Assembly (NCBI RefSeq): GCF_036365525.1
Contig: NC_090378.1
Coordinates: 124,605,593 to 124,669,592 of the forward strand
From: Heterodontus francisci
Taxonomy: Eukaryota
Direction of reading: 5' to 3'
DNA: 64,000 bases
Shown here: piece by piece, positions 11,622-27,300 of the stretch
Position numbering within the stretch: the first letter of the stretch is position 1
Layout: every line of letters begins with the position of its first letter
Program-made: the position numbers and the translations under genes
Notes under the pieces: generated by a model
Database searches by the model: none
What the model was told of the DNA's origin: nothing
What the model saw: only the letters and a program-made list of their open reading frames with translations

Positions 11622-14600
11622 AATAATGGACACACAGTCCCACCTCCTATACTGACACATCCCACAGTTACATATAATATATAATAATGGACACACAGTC
11701 CCACCTCCTGTACTGACACATCCCACAGTTACATATAATATATAATAATGGACACACAGTCCCACCTCCTGTACTGACACATCCCACAGTTATATATAAT
11801 ATATAATGATGGACACACAGTCCCACCACCAGTACTGACATATCCCACAGTTATATATAATATATAATATTGGAAAGACAGTTCCACCCCCTTTGCTGAC
11901 ACATCCCATACTTATATCTAACATATAATAATGGACACACAGTCCCACTTCCTGTACTGACACATCCCACAGTTATATATAATATATAATAATGGACACA
12001 CAGTCCCACCTCCTGCACTGAAACATCCTACAGTTATATATAATATACAATAATGGACACACAGTCCCACCTCCTGTACTGACACATCCCACAGTTATAT
12101 CTAACATATAATAATGGTCACACAGTCCCACCTCCTGTCCTGACACATCCCACAGTTATATATAATACATAAGAATGGACACACAGACCCACCTCCGGTA
12201 CTGACATATCCCACAGTAATATATAATATATAATAATGGACACACAGTCCTACATCCTGTACTGACACATCCCACAGTTAGATATAATATATAATAATGG
12301 ACACACAGTCCCACATCCTGTCCTGACACATCCCACAGTTATATATAATATATAATAATGGACACACAGTCCCACCTCCTGTATTGATACATCCCACAGT
12401 TATATATCATAAAAAATAAAGGACACACAGTCTCACCTCCTGTACTGACACATCCCACAGTTATATATAATAGATAATAATGGTCACACAGTCCCACCTC
12501 CTGTCCTGACACATTTCCCAGTTATATATAATACATAAGAATGGACACACAGTCCCACCTCCTGTACTGACACATCCCACAGTTATCTATAATATATAAT
12601 AATGGACACACAGTCCCACCTCCTGTCCTGACACATCCCACAGTTATATATAATACATAATAATGGACACACAGAACCACCTCCGGTACTGACATTTCCC
12701 ACAGTTATGTATAATATATAATATTGGACAGACAGTCCCACCTCCTGCACTGACACATCCCACAGTTATATATAATATATAATAAAGGACACACAGTCCC
12801 ACCTCCTGCACTGACAGATACCACAGTTATATATAATATATAATAATGGACACAAATTCCCACCTCCTGTACTGACCCATCCCACAGTTATATATAATAT
12901 ATAATAATGGACACACAGTCCCACCTCCTTTACTGACACATCCCACAGTTATATATAATATATAATAATGGACACAAAGTCCCACCTCCTGTACTGACCC
13001 ATCCCACAGTTATATATAATATATAATAATGGACACACAGTCCCACCTCCTTTACAGACACATCCCACACTTATATCTAACATATGATAATGGTCACACA
13101 GTCCCACCTCCTGTCCTGACACATCCCACAGTTATATATAATACATAAGAATGGACACACAGTCCCACCTCCTGTACTGACACATCCCACAGTTATATAT
13201 AATATATAATAAAGGACACACAGTCCCACCTCCTGCACTGACACATCCCACAGTTATATATAATATATAATAATGGACACACAGTCCCACATCCAGTACT
13301 GACACATCCCACAGTTATCTATAATATATAATAATGGACACACAGTCCCACATCCTGTACGGAGACATCCCACTGTAAAAAATAATATATAATAATGGAC
13401 ACACAGTCCCACCTCCTGTACTGACACATCCCACACTTATATCTGACATATAATAATGGACACACAGTCCCACCTCCTGTCCTGACACATCCCACACTGA
13501 TATCTAACATATAATAATAGACACACAGTCCCACCTCCTGTCCTGAAACATCCCACACTTATATCTAACATATAATAATGGACACACATTCCCACCTCCT
13601 GTACTGACACATCTCACAGTTACATATAATATATAATAATGGACACAAAGTCCCACCTCCTGTACTGACACATCCCACAGTTATATATAATATATAATAA
13701 TGGACACAAAGTCCCACCTCCTGTACTGACACATCCCAAAGTTATATATAATATATAATAATAGACACACAGTCCCACCTCCTGTACTGACACATCCCAC
13801 AGTTATATATAATATATAATAATGGACACAAAGTCCCACCTCCTGTACTGACACATCCCAAAGTTATATATAATATATAATAATAGACACACAGTCCCAC
13901 CTCCTGTACTGACACATCCCACATTTATAAATAATATATAATAATGGACACAAAGTCCTACCTCCTGTACTGACACATCCCAAAGTTATATATAATATAT
14001 AATAATAGACACACAGTCCCACCTCCTGTACTGACACATCCCACAGTTATATATAATATATAATAATGGACACAAAGTCCCACCTCCTGTACTGACACAT
14101 CCCAAAGTTATATATAATATATAATAATAGACACACAGTCCCACCTCCTGTACTGACACATCCCACAGTTATATATAATATATAATAATGGACACAAAGT
14201 CCCACCTCCTGTACTGACACATCCCAAAGTTATATATAATATATAATAATGGACACACAGTCCCACCTCCTGTACTGACACATCCCACATTTATAAATAA
14301 TATATAATAATGGACACAAAGTCCTACCTCCTGTACTGACACATCCCAAAGTTATATATAATATATAATAATAGACACACAGTCCCACCTCCTGTACTGA
14401 CACATCCCACAGTTATATATAATATATAATAATGGACACACAGTCCCACCTCCTGTACTGACACATCCCACAGTTATATATAATATATAATAATGGACAC
14501 ACAGTCCCACCTCCTGTACTGACACATCCCAAATTTATATATAATATATAATAATGGACACAAAGTCCCACCTCCTGCACTGACACATCCCAAAGTTATA

Positions 14601-14797
14601 TATAATATATAATAATGGACACACAGTCCCACCTCCTGTACTGACACATCCCACAGTTATATATAATATATAATAATGGACAGACAGTCTCACCTCCTGT
14701 CCTGACACATCCCACAGTTATATATAATATATAATCATGGACACACAGGCCCACCTCCTGCACTGACATCTGCCGCAGTTATATAGAAGATATAATA

Positions 14798-15148
14798 ATG
14801 GACACATTGTACAGCGAGCTCGCCACTGGTATCAGACCCACCGGCCGTCCATGTCTCCGTTATAAAGACGTCTGCAAACGTGACATGAAATCGTGTGACA
14901 TTGATCACAAGTCGTGGGAGTCAGTTGCCAGCATTCGCCAGAGCTGGCGGGCAGCCATAAAGACAGGGCTAAATTGTGGCGAGTCAAAGAGACTTAGTAG
15001 TTGGCAGGAAAAAAGACAGAGGCGCAAGGGGAGAGCCAACTGTGCAACAGCCCCAACAAACAAATTTCTCTGCAGCACCTGTGGAAGAGCCTGTCACTCC
15101 AGAATTGGCCTTTATAGCCACTCCAGGCGCTGCTTCACAAACCACTGA
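14798..15148 (+). pseudogene. RTE ORF C-terminal fragment, copy 3
   Basis: ORF track 14798..15148; translation identical to copy 2. Confidence 0.85.
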
Positions 15149-15201
15149 CCACCTCCAGGCGCGTATCCATTGTCTCTCGAGATAAGGAGGCCCAAAGAAC
15201 G
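14807..15201 (+). mobile_element. 5'-truncated RTE-clade LINE 3' end, copy 3
   Basis: Appears identical to copy 2 by eye (identical ORF translation). TSD at 14794-14806 / 15202-15214. Confidence 0.92.
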
Positions 15202-15384
15202 AATAATGGACACACAGTCCCACCTCCTATACTGACACATCCCACAGTTACATATAATATATAATAATGGACACACAGTCCCACTTCCTGTACTGACACA
15301 TCCCACAGTTACATATAATATATAATAATGGACACACAGTCCCACCTCCTGTACTGACACATCCCACAGTTATACATAATATAT

Positions 15385-18300
15385 AATGATGGACACACAG
15401 TCCCACCACCAGTACTGACATATCCCACAGTTATATATAATATATAATATTGGAAAGACAGTTCCACCCCCTTTGCTGACACATCCCATACTTATATCTA
15501 ACATATAATAATGGACACACAGTCCCACCTCCTGTACTGACACATCCCACAGTTATATATAATATATAATAATGGACACACAGTCCCACCTCCTGCACTG
15601 AAACATCCTACAGTTATATATAATATACAATAATGGACACACAGTCCCACCTCCTGTACTGACACATCCCACAGTTATATCTAACATATAATAATGGTCA
15701 CACAGTCCCACCTCCTGTCCTGACACATCCCACAGTTATATATAATACATAAGAATGGACACACAGACCCACCTCCGGTACTGACATATCCCACAGTAAT
15801 ATATAATATATAATAATGGACACACAGTCCTACATCCTGTACTGACACATCCCACAGTTATATATAATATATAATAATGGACACACAGTCCCACATCCTG
15901 TCCTGACACATCCCACAGTTATATATAATATATAATAATGGACACACAGTCCCACCTCCTGTACTGACATATCCCACAGTTATATATAATATATAATAAT
16001 GGACACACAGTCCCACCTCCTATACTGACACATCCCGCACTTATATTTAACGTATAATAATGGACACAAAGACCCACCTCCTTTACTGACACTTCCCACA
16101 GTTATATATAATATATAATAATGGACACACAGTCCCACATATTGTCCTGACACATCCCACAGTTATATATAATATATAATAATGGACACACAGTCCCACC
16201 TCCTGTATTGATACATCCCACAGTTATATATAATAAATAATAATGGACACACAGTCCCACCTCCTATACTGACAATTCCCGCACTTATATATCATAAAAA
16301 ATAAAGGACACACAGTCTCACCTCCTGTACTGACACATCCCACAGTTATATATAATAGATAATAATGGACACACAGTCCCACCTCCTGTACTGACGCATC
16401 CCACAGTTATATATAATATATAATAATGGACACACAGTCCCACCTCCTGTACTGACACATCCCACAGTTATATATAATATATAATAATGGACACACAGTC
16501 CCACATCATGTACTGACACAACCCACAGTAAAAAATAATATATCATAATGGACACACAGTCCCACCTCCTATACTGACACATCCCACAGTTATATATAAT
16601 ATATAATAATGGGCACACAGTCCCACCTCCTGTACTGACACATCCCACTGTTATATATAATATATAATAATGGACACACAGTCCCACCTCCTGTACTGAC
16701 ACATCCCACAGTTATATATAATATATAATAATGGACACACAGTCCCACATCATGTACTGACACAACCCACAGTAAAAAATAATATATCATAATGGACACA
16801 CAGTCCCACCTCCTATACTGACACATCCCACAGTTATATATAATATATAATAATGAACACACAGTCCCACCTCCTGTACTGACACATCCCACAGTTATAT
16901 ATAATATATAATAATGGACACACAGTCCCACATCATGTACTGACACAACCCACAGTAAAAAATAATATATCATAATGGACACACAGTCCCACCTCCTATA
17001 CTGACACATCCCACAGTTATATATAATATATAATAATGAACACACAGTCCCACCTCCTGTACTGACACTTCCCACAGTTATATATAATATATAATAATGG
17101 ACACACAGTCCCACCTCCTGTACTGACACTTCCCACAGTTATATATAATATATAATAATGGACACACAGTCCCACCTCCTGTACTGACACTTCCCACAGT
17201 TATATATAATATATAATAATGGACACACAGTCCCACCTCCTGTACTGACACATCCCACAGTTATATCTAATATATAATAATGGACACACAGTCTCACCTC
17301 CTATACTGACACATCCCACAGTTTTCTATAATAGATAATAATGGACACACAGTCCCACCTCCTGTACTGACACATCCCACAGTTATATATAATATACATT
17401 AATGGACACACAGTCCCACCTCCTGTACTGACACATCCCACAGTTATATATAATATACAATAATGGACACACAGTCCCACCTCCTGTACTGACACATCCC
17501 ACAGTTATATATAATAGATAATAATGGACACACAGTCCCACCTCCTGTACTGACACATCCCACAGTTATATATAATATATAATAATGGGTACACAGTCCC
17601 ACCGCCTGCACTGACACATCCCACAGTTATATATAATACATAATAATGGACACACAGACCCACCACCGGTACTGACATATCCCACAGTTATACATAATAT
17701 ATAATATTGGACAGACAGCCCCACCCCCTTTACTGACACATCCCATACTTATATCTAACATATAATAATGGTCACACAGTCCCACCTCCTGTACTGACAC
17801 ATCCCACAGTTATCTATAATATATAATAATGGACACACTGTCCCACCTCCTGTACTGACACATCCCACAGTTATATTTAATATATAATAATGGACACACA
17901 GTCCCACCTCCTGTACTGACACATCCCACAGTTATATATGATATACAATAATGGACACACAGTCCCACATCCTGTACTGACACATCCCACACTTAAATCT
18001 AACATATAATAATGGACACACAGTCCCACCTCCTGTACTGACACATCCCACAGTTATATATAAAGTAAAATAATGGACACACAGTCCCACCCTCCTGTAC
18101 TGACACATCCCACAGTAATATCTAATATATAATAATGGACACACAGTCTCACCTCCTGTACTGACACATCCCACAGTTATATATAACAGATAATAATGGA
18201 CACACAGTCCCACCTCCTGGACTGACACATCCCACAGTTATATATAACCTACAATAAGGGACACACAGTCCCACCTCCTGTACTGACACATCCCACAGGT

Positions 18301-21300
18301 ATATATAATAGATAATAATGGACACACAGTCCCACCTCCTGTACTGACACATGCCACAGTTATATATAATATATAATTATGGACACACAGTCCCACCTCC
18401 TGTACTGACACTTCCCACAGTTATATATAATATATAATAATGGACACACAGTCCCACCTCCTGTACTGACACTTCCCACAGTTATATATAATATATAATA
18501 ATGGACACACAGTCCCACCTCCTGTACTGACACTTCCCACAGTTATATATAATATATAATAATGGACACACAGTCCCACCTCCTGTACTGACACATCCCA
18601 CAGTTATATCTAATATATAATAATGGACACACAGTCTCACCTCCTATACTGACACATCCCACAGTTTTCTATAATAGATAATAATGGACACACAGTCCCA
18701 CCTCCTGTACTGACACATCCCACAGTTATATATAATATACATTAATGGACACACAGTCCCACCTCCTGTACTGACACATCCCACAGTTATATATAATATA
18801 CAATAATGGACACACAGTCCCACCTCCTGTACTGACACATCCCACAGTTATATATAATAGATAATAATGGACACACAGTCCCACCTCCTGTACTGACACA
18901 TCCCACAGTTATATATAATATATAATAATGGGTACACAGTCCCACCGCCTGCACTGACACATCCCACAGTTATATATAATACATAATAATGGACACACAG
19001 ACCCACCACCGGTACTGACATATCCCACAGTTATACATAATATATAATATTGGACAGACAGCCCCACCCCCTTTACTGACACATCCCATACTTATATCTA
19101 ACATATAATAATGGTCACACAGTCCCACCTCCTGTACTGACACATCCCACAGTTATCTATAATATATAATAATGGACACACTGTCCCACCTCCTGTACTG
19201 ACACATCCCACAGTTATATTTAATATATAATAATGGACACACAGTCCCACCTCCTGTACTGACACATCCCACAGTTATATATGATATACAATAATGGACA
19301 CACAGTCCCACATCCTGTACTGACACATCCCACACTTAAATCTAACATATAATAATGGACACACAGTCCCACCTCCTGTACTGACACATCCCACAGTTAT
19401 ATATAAAGTAAAATAATGGACACACAGTCCCACCCTCCTGTACTGACACATCCCACAGTAATATCTAATATATAATAATGGACACACAGTCTCACCTCCT
19501 GTACTGACACATCCCACAGTTATATATAACAGATAATAATGGACACACAGTCCCACCTCCTGGACTGACACATCCCACAGTTATATATAACCTACAATAA
19601 GGGACACACAGTCCCACCTCCTGTACTGACACATCCCACAGGTATATATAATAGATAATAATGGACACACAGTCCCACCTCCTGTACTGACACATGCCAC
19701 AGTTATATATAATATATAATTATGGACACACAGTCCCACCTCCTGTACTGACACATCCCACAGTTATATATAATATATAATAATGGACACGCAGTCCCAC
19801 CTCCTGTACTGACACATCCCACTGTTATATATAATATATGATAATGGACACACAGTCCCATCGCCTGTACGGTCACATCCCACAGTTATATATGATATAC
19901 AATAATGGACACACAGTCCCACATCCTGTACTGACACATCCCACACTTAAATCTAACATATAATAATGGACACACAGTCCCACCTCCTGTACTGACACAT
20001 CCCACAGTTATATATAAAGTTAAATAATGGACACACAGTCCCACCCTCCTGTACTGACACATCCCAAAGTAATATCTAATATATAATAATGGACACACAG
20101 TCTCACCTCCTGTACTGACACATCCCACAGTTATATATAATAGATAATAATGGACACACAGTCCCACCTCCTGGACTGACACATCCCACAGTTATATATA
20201 ACCTACAATAAGGGACACACAGTCCCACCTCCTGTACTGACACATCCCACAGGTATATATAATAGATAATAATGGACACACAGTCCCACCTCCTGTACTG
20301 ACACATGCCACAGTTATATATAATATATAATTATGGACACACAGTCCCACCTCCTGTACTGACACATCCCACAGTTATATATAATATATGATAATGGACA
20401 CACAGTCCCATCGCCTGTACGGTCACATCCCACAGTAATATATAATGTATAATAATGGACACACAGTCTCACCTCCTGTACTGACACATCCCACAGTTAT
20501 ATATAATATATAAGAATGGACACACAGTCCCACCTCCTGTACTGACACATCCCACAGTTACATATAATATATAATAATGGACACACAGTCCCACCTCCTG
20601 TACTGACACATCCCACTGTTATATATAATATATGATACTGGACACACAGTCCCATCGCCTGTACGGTCACATCCCACAGTTATATATAATATATAATAAT
20701 GGACACACAGTCTCACCTCCTGTACTGATACATCCCACAGTTATATATAATATATAATAATGGACACACAGTCCCACCTCCTGTACTGACACATCCCACA
20801 GTTATATATAATATATAATAATGGACACACAGTCCCACCTCCTGTACTGACACATCCCACAGTTACATATAATATGTAATAATGGACACACAGTCCCACC
20901 TCCTGTACTGACACATCCCACAGTTACATATAATATATAATAATGGACACACATTCCAACTCCTGTACTGACACATCCCACAGTTACATATAATATATAA
21001 TAATGGACACACAGTCCCACCTCCTGCACTGACACATCCCACAGTTATATATAATATATAATAATGGACACTCAGTCCCACCTCCTGTACTGACACATCC
21101 CACAGTTATATATAATATATAATAATGGACACACAGTCCCACCTCCTGCACTGACACATCCCACAGTTACATATAATATGTAATAATGGACACACAGTCC
21201 CACCTCCTGTACTGACACATCCCACAGTTACATATAATATATAATAATGGACACTCAGTCCCACCTCCTGTACTGACACATCCCTTAGTTATATATAATA

Positions 21301-24300
21301 TATAATAATGGACACATAGTCCCACCTCCTGCACTGACACATCCCACAGTTACATATAATATATAATAATGGACACACATTCCAACTCCTGTACTGACAC
21401 ATCCCACAGTTACATATAATATATAATAATGGACACTCAGTCCCACCTCCTGTACTGACACATCCCTTAGTTATATATAATATATAATAATGGACACACA
21501 GTCCCACCTCCTGGACTGACACATCCCACAGTTACATATAATATATAATAATGGACACAGTCCCACCTCCTGTACTGACACATCCCACAGTTATATATAA
21601 TATACAATAATGGACACACAGTCCCACATCCTGTACTGACACATCCCACAGTTATATAAAATATACAATAATGGACACACAGTCCCACCTCCTGTACTGA
21701 CACATCCCACAGTTATATATAATATATAATAATGGACACACAGTCCCACATCCTGCACTGACACATCCCACAGTTATATATAATAAATAATAATGGACAC
21801 ACAGTCCCACCTCCTGTACTGATACATCCCACAGTTATATATCATGTATAATAATGGACACACAGTCCCACATCCTGTACTGACACATCCCACACTTATA
21901 TCTAACGTATTATAATGGACACACAGTCCCACATCCTGCACTGACACTTCCCACAGTTATATATAATATATAATAATGGACAAACAGTCCCACCTCCTGT
22001 ACTGACACATCCCACAGTTACATATAATATATAATAATGGACACACAGTCCCACCTCCTGTACTGACACATCCCACAGTTACATATAATATATAATAATG
22101 GACACACAGTCCCACCTCCTGTACTGACACATCCCACAGTTACATATAATATATAATAATGGACACACAGTCCCACCTGCTGTACTGACACATTCCACAG
22201 TTACATATAATATATAATAATGGACACACAGTTCCAACTCCTGTACTGACACATCCCACAGTTACATATAATATATAATAATGGACACACAGTCCCACCT
22301 CCTGTACTGACACATCCCACAGTTACATATAATATATAATAATGGACACACAGTCCCAACTCCTGTACTGACACATCCCACAGTTACATATAATATATAA
22401 TAATGGACACAGTCCCATCTCCTGTACTGACACATCCCACAGTTATATATAAGATACAATAATGGACACACTGTCCCACATCCTGTAATGACACAACCCA
22501 CAGTTATATATAATATACAATAATGGACACACAGTCCCATCTCCTGTACTGACACATCCCACAGTTATATATAATATATAATAATGGACACACAGTCCCA
22601 CCTCCTGTACTGACAAATCCCACAGTTATGTATAATATATAATAATGGACACACAGTCCCACCTCCTGTACTGACACATCCCACAGTTACATATAATATA
22701 TAATAATGGACATACAGTCCCACCTCCTGTACTGACACATCCCACAGTTACATATAATATATAATAATGGACACACAGTCCCACCTCCTGTACTGACACA
22801 TCCCACAGTTACATATAATATATAATAATGGACACACAGTCCCACCTCCTGTACTGACACATCCCACAGTTATATATAATATATAACAATGGACACACAG
22901 TTCCACCTCCTGTACTGACACTTCCCACAGTTACATATAAAATATAATAATGGACACACAGTCCCACCTCCTGTACTGACACATCCCACAGTTATATATA
23001 ATATATAATAATGGACACACAGTCCCACCTCCTGTACTGACACATCCCACAGTTATATATAATATACAATAATGGACACACAGTCCCACATCCTGTAATG
23101 ACACATCCCACAGTTATATATAATATACAATAATGGACACACAGTCCCACCTCCTGTACTGACACATCCCACAGTTATATATAATATATAATAATGGACA
23201 CACAGTCCCACATCCTGCACTGACACATCCCACAGTTATATATAATAAATAATAATAGTGGACACACTGTCCCACCTCCTGTAATGATACATCCCACAGT
23301 TATATATCATGTATAATAATGGACACACAGTCCCACATCCTGAACTGACACGTCCCACAGTTAAAAATAAATAATAATGGACACACAGTCCCACCTCCCA
23401 TACTGACACATCCCACACTTATATCTAACGTATAATAATGGACACACAGTCCCACATCCTGCACTGACACTTCCCACAGTTATATATAATATATAAGAAT
23501 GGACACACAGTCCCACCTCCTTTACTCACAGATCCCACAGTTATATACAATATACAATTATGGACACACAGTCCCACATCCTGTACTGACACATTCCACA
23601 CTTATATATAAAAAATGATAATGGACATACAGTCCCACCTCCTGTACTGACACATTTCACAGTAATATATAATATATAATAATGGACACACAGTCTCACC
23701 TCCTGTACTGACATATCCCACAGTTATATATAATATATAAGAATGGACACACAGTCCCACCTCCTGTACTGACACATCCCACAGTTACATATAATATATA
23801 ATAATGGACACACAGTCCCACCTCCTGGACTGACACATCCCACAGTTACATATAATGGATAATAATGGACACACAGTCCCACCTCCTGTACTGACACATC
23901 CCACAGTTACATATAATATATAATGATGGACACACAGTCCCACCACCAGTACTGACATATCCCACAGTTATATATAATATATAATATTGGAAAGACAGTT
24001 CCACCCCCTTTGCTGACACATCCCATACTTATATCTAACATATAATAATGGACACACAGTCCCACCTCCTGTACTGACACATCCCACAGTTATATATAAT
24101 ATATAATAATGGACACACAGTCCCACCTCCTGCACTGAAACATCCTACAGTTATATATAATATACAATAATGGACACACAGTCCCACCTCCTGTACTGAC
24201 ACATCCCACAGTTATATCTAACATATAATAATGGTCACACAGTCCCACCTCCTGTCCTGACACATCCCACAGTTATATATAATACATAAGAATGGACACA

Positions 24301-27300
24301 CAGACCCACCTCCGGTACTGACATATCCCACAGTAATATATAATATATAATAATGGACACACAGTCCTACATCCTGTACTGACACATCCCACAGTTATAT
24401 ATAATATATAATAATGGACACACAGTCCCACATCCTGTCCTGACACATCCCACAGTTATATATAATATATAATAATGGACACACAGTCCCACCTCCTGTA
24501 CTGACATATCCCACAGTTATATATAATATATAATAATGGACACACAGTCCCACCTCCTATACTGACACATCCCGCACTTATATTTAACGTATAATAATGG
24601 ACACAAAGACCCACCTCCTTTACTGACACTTCCCACAGTTATATATAATATATAATAATGGACACACAGTCCCACATATTGTCCTGACACATCCCACAGT
24701 TATATATAATATATAATAATGGACACACAGTCCCACCTCCTGTATTGATACATCCCACAGTTATATATAATAAATAATAATGGACACACAGTCCCACCTC
24801 CTATACTGACACTTCCCGCACTTATATATCATAAAAAATAAAGGACACACAGTCTCACCTCCTGTACTGACACATCCCACAGTTATATATAATAGATAAT
24901 AATGGACACACAGTCCCACCTCCTGTACTGACACATCCCACAGTTATATATAATATATAATAATGGACACACAGTCCCACCTCCTGTACTGACACATCCC
25001 ACAGTTATATATAATATATAATAATGGACACACAGTCCCACATCATGTACTGACACAACCCACAGTAAAAAATAATATATCATAATGGACACACAGTCCC
25101 ACCTCCTATACTGACACATCCCACAGTTATATATAATATATAATAATGGGCACACAGTCCCACCTCCTGTACTGACACATCCCACAGTTATATATAATAT
25201 ATAATAATGGACACACAGTCCCACCTCCTGTACTGACACATCCCACAGTTATATATAATATATAATAATGGACACACAGTCCCACATCATGTACTGACAC
25301 AACCCACAGTAAAAAATAATATATCATAATGGACACACAGTCCCACCTCCTATACTGACACATCCCACAGTTATATATAATATATAATAATGAACACACA
25401 GTCCCACCTCCTGTACTGACACATCCCACAGTTATATATAATATATAATAATGGACACACAGTCCCACATCATGTACTGACACAACCCACAGTAAAAAAT
25501 AATATATCATAATGGACACACAGTCCCACCTCCTATACTGACACATCCCACAGTTATATATAATATATAATAATGAACACACAGTCCCACCTCCTGTACT
25601 GACACTTCCCACAGTTATATATAATATATAATAATGGACACACAGTCCCACCTCCTGTACTGACACTTCCCACAGTTATATATAATATATAATAATGGAC
25701 ACACAGTCCCACCTCCTGTACTGACACTTCCCACAGTTATATATAATATATAATAATGGACACACAGTCCCACCTCCTGTACTGACACATCCCACAGTTA
25801 TATCTAATATATAATAATGGACACACAGTCTCACCTCCTATACTGACACATCCCACAGTTTTCTATAATAGATAATAATGGACACACAGTCCCACCTCCT
25901 GTACTGACACATCCCACAGTTATATATAATATACATTAATGGACACACAGTCCCACCTCCTGTACTGACACATCCCACAGTTATATATAATATACAATAA
26001 TGGACACACAGTCCCACCTCCTGTACTGACACATCCCACAGTTATATATAATAGAAAATAATGGACACACAGTCCCACCTCCTGTACTGACACATCCCAC
26101 AGTTATATATAATATATAATAATGGGTACACAGTCCCACCGCCTGCACTGACACATCCCACAGTTATATATAATACATAATAATGGACACACAGACCCAC
26201 CACCGGTACTGACATATCCCACAGTTATACATAATATATAATATTGGACAGACAGCCCCACCCCCTTTACAGACACATCCCATACTTATATCTAACATAT
26301 AATAATGGTCACACAGTCCCACCTCCTGTACTGACACATCCCACAGTTATCTATAATATATAATAATGGACACACTGTCCCACCTCCTGTACTGACACAT
26401 CCCACAGTTATATTTAATATATAATAATGGACACACAGTCCCACCTCCTGTACTGACACATCCCACAGTTATATATGATATACAATAATGGACACACAGT
26501 CCCACATCCTGTACTGACACATCCCACACTTAAATCTAACATATAATAATGGACACACAGTCCCACCTCCTGTACTGACACATCCCACAGTTATATATAA
26601 AGTAAAATAATGGACACACAGTCCCACCCTCCTGTACTGACACATCCCACAGTAATATCTAATATATAATAATGGACACACAGTCTCACCTCCTGTACTG
26701 ACACATCCCACAGTTATATATAACAGATAATAATGGACACACAGTCCCACCTCCTGGACTGACACATCCCACAGTTATATATAACCTACAATAAGGGACA
26801 CACAGTCCCACCTCCTGTACTGACACATCCCACAGGTATATATAATAGATAATAATGGACACACAGTCCCACCTCCTGTACTGACACATGCCACAGTTAT
26901 ATATAATATATAATTATGGACACACAGTCCCACCTCCTGTACTGACACATCCCACAGTTATATATAATATATAATAATGGACACGCAGTCCCACCTCCTG
27001 TACTGACACATCCCACTGTTATATATAATTTATGATAATGGACACACAGTCCCATCGCCTTTACGGTCACATCCCACAGTTATATATGATATACAATAAT
27101 GGACACACAGTCCCACATCCTGTACTGACACATCCCACACTTAAATCTAACATATAATAATGGACACACAGTCCCACCTCCTGTACTGACACATCCCACA
27201 GTTATATATAAAGTTAAATAATGGACACACAGTCCCACCCTCCTGTACTGACACATCCCACAGTAATATCTAATATATAATAATGGACACACAGTCTCAC

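Noticed and set aside
7769-15201. Three independent, sequence-specific retrotransposon insertions into the satellite
   Set aside because: Identical 5' truncation and shared rare flanking variants are much better explained by duplication of one insertion.
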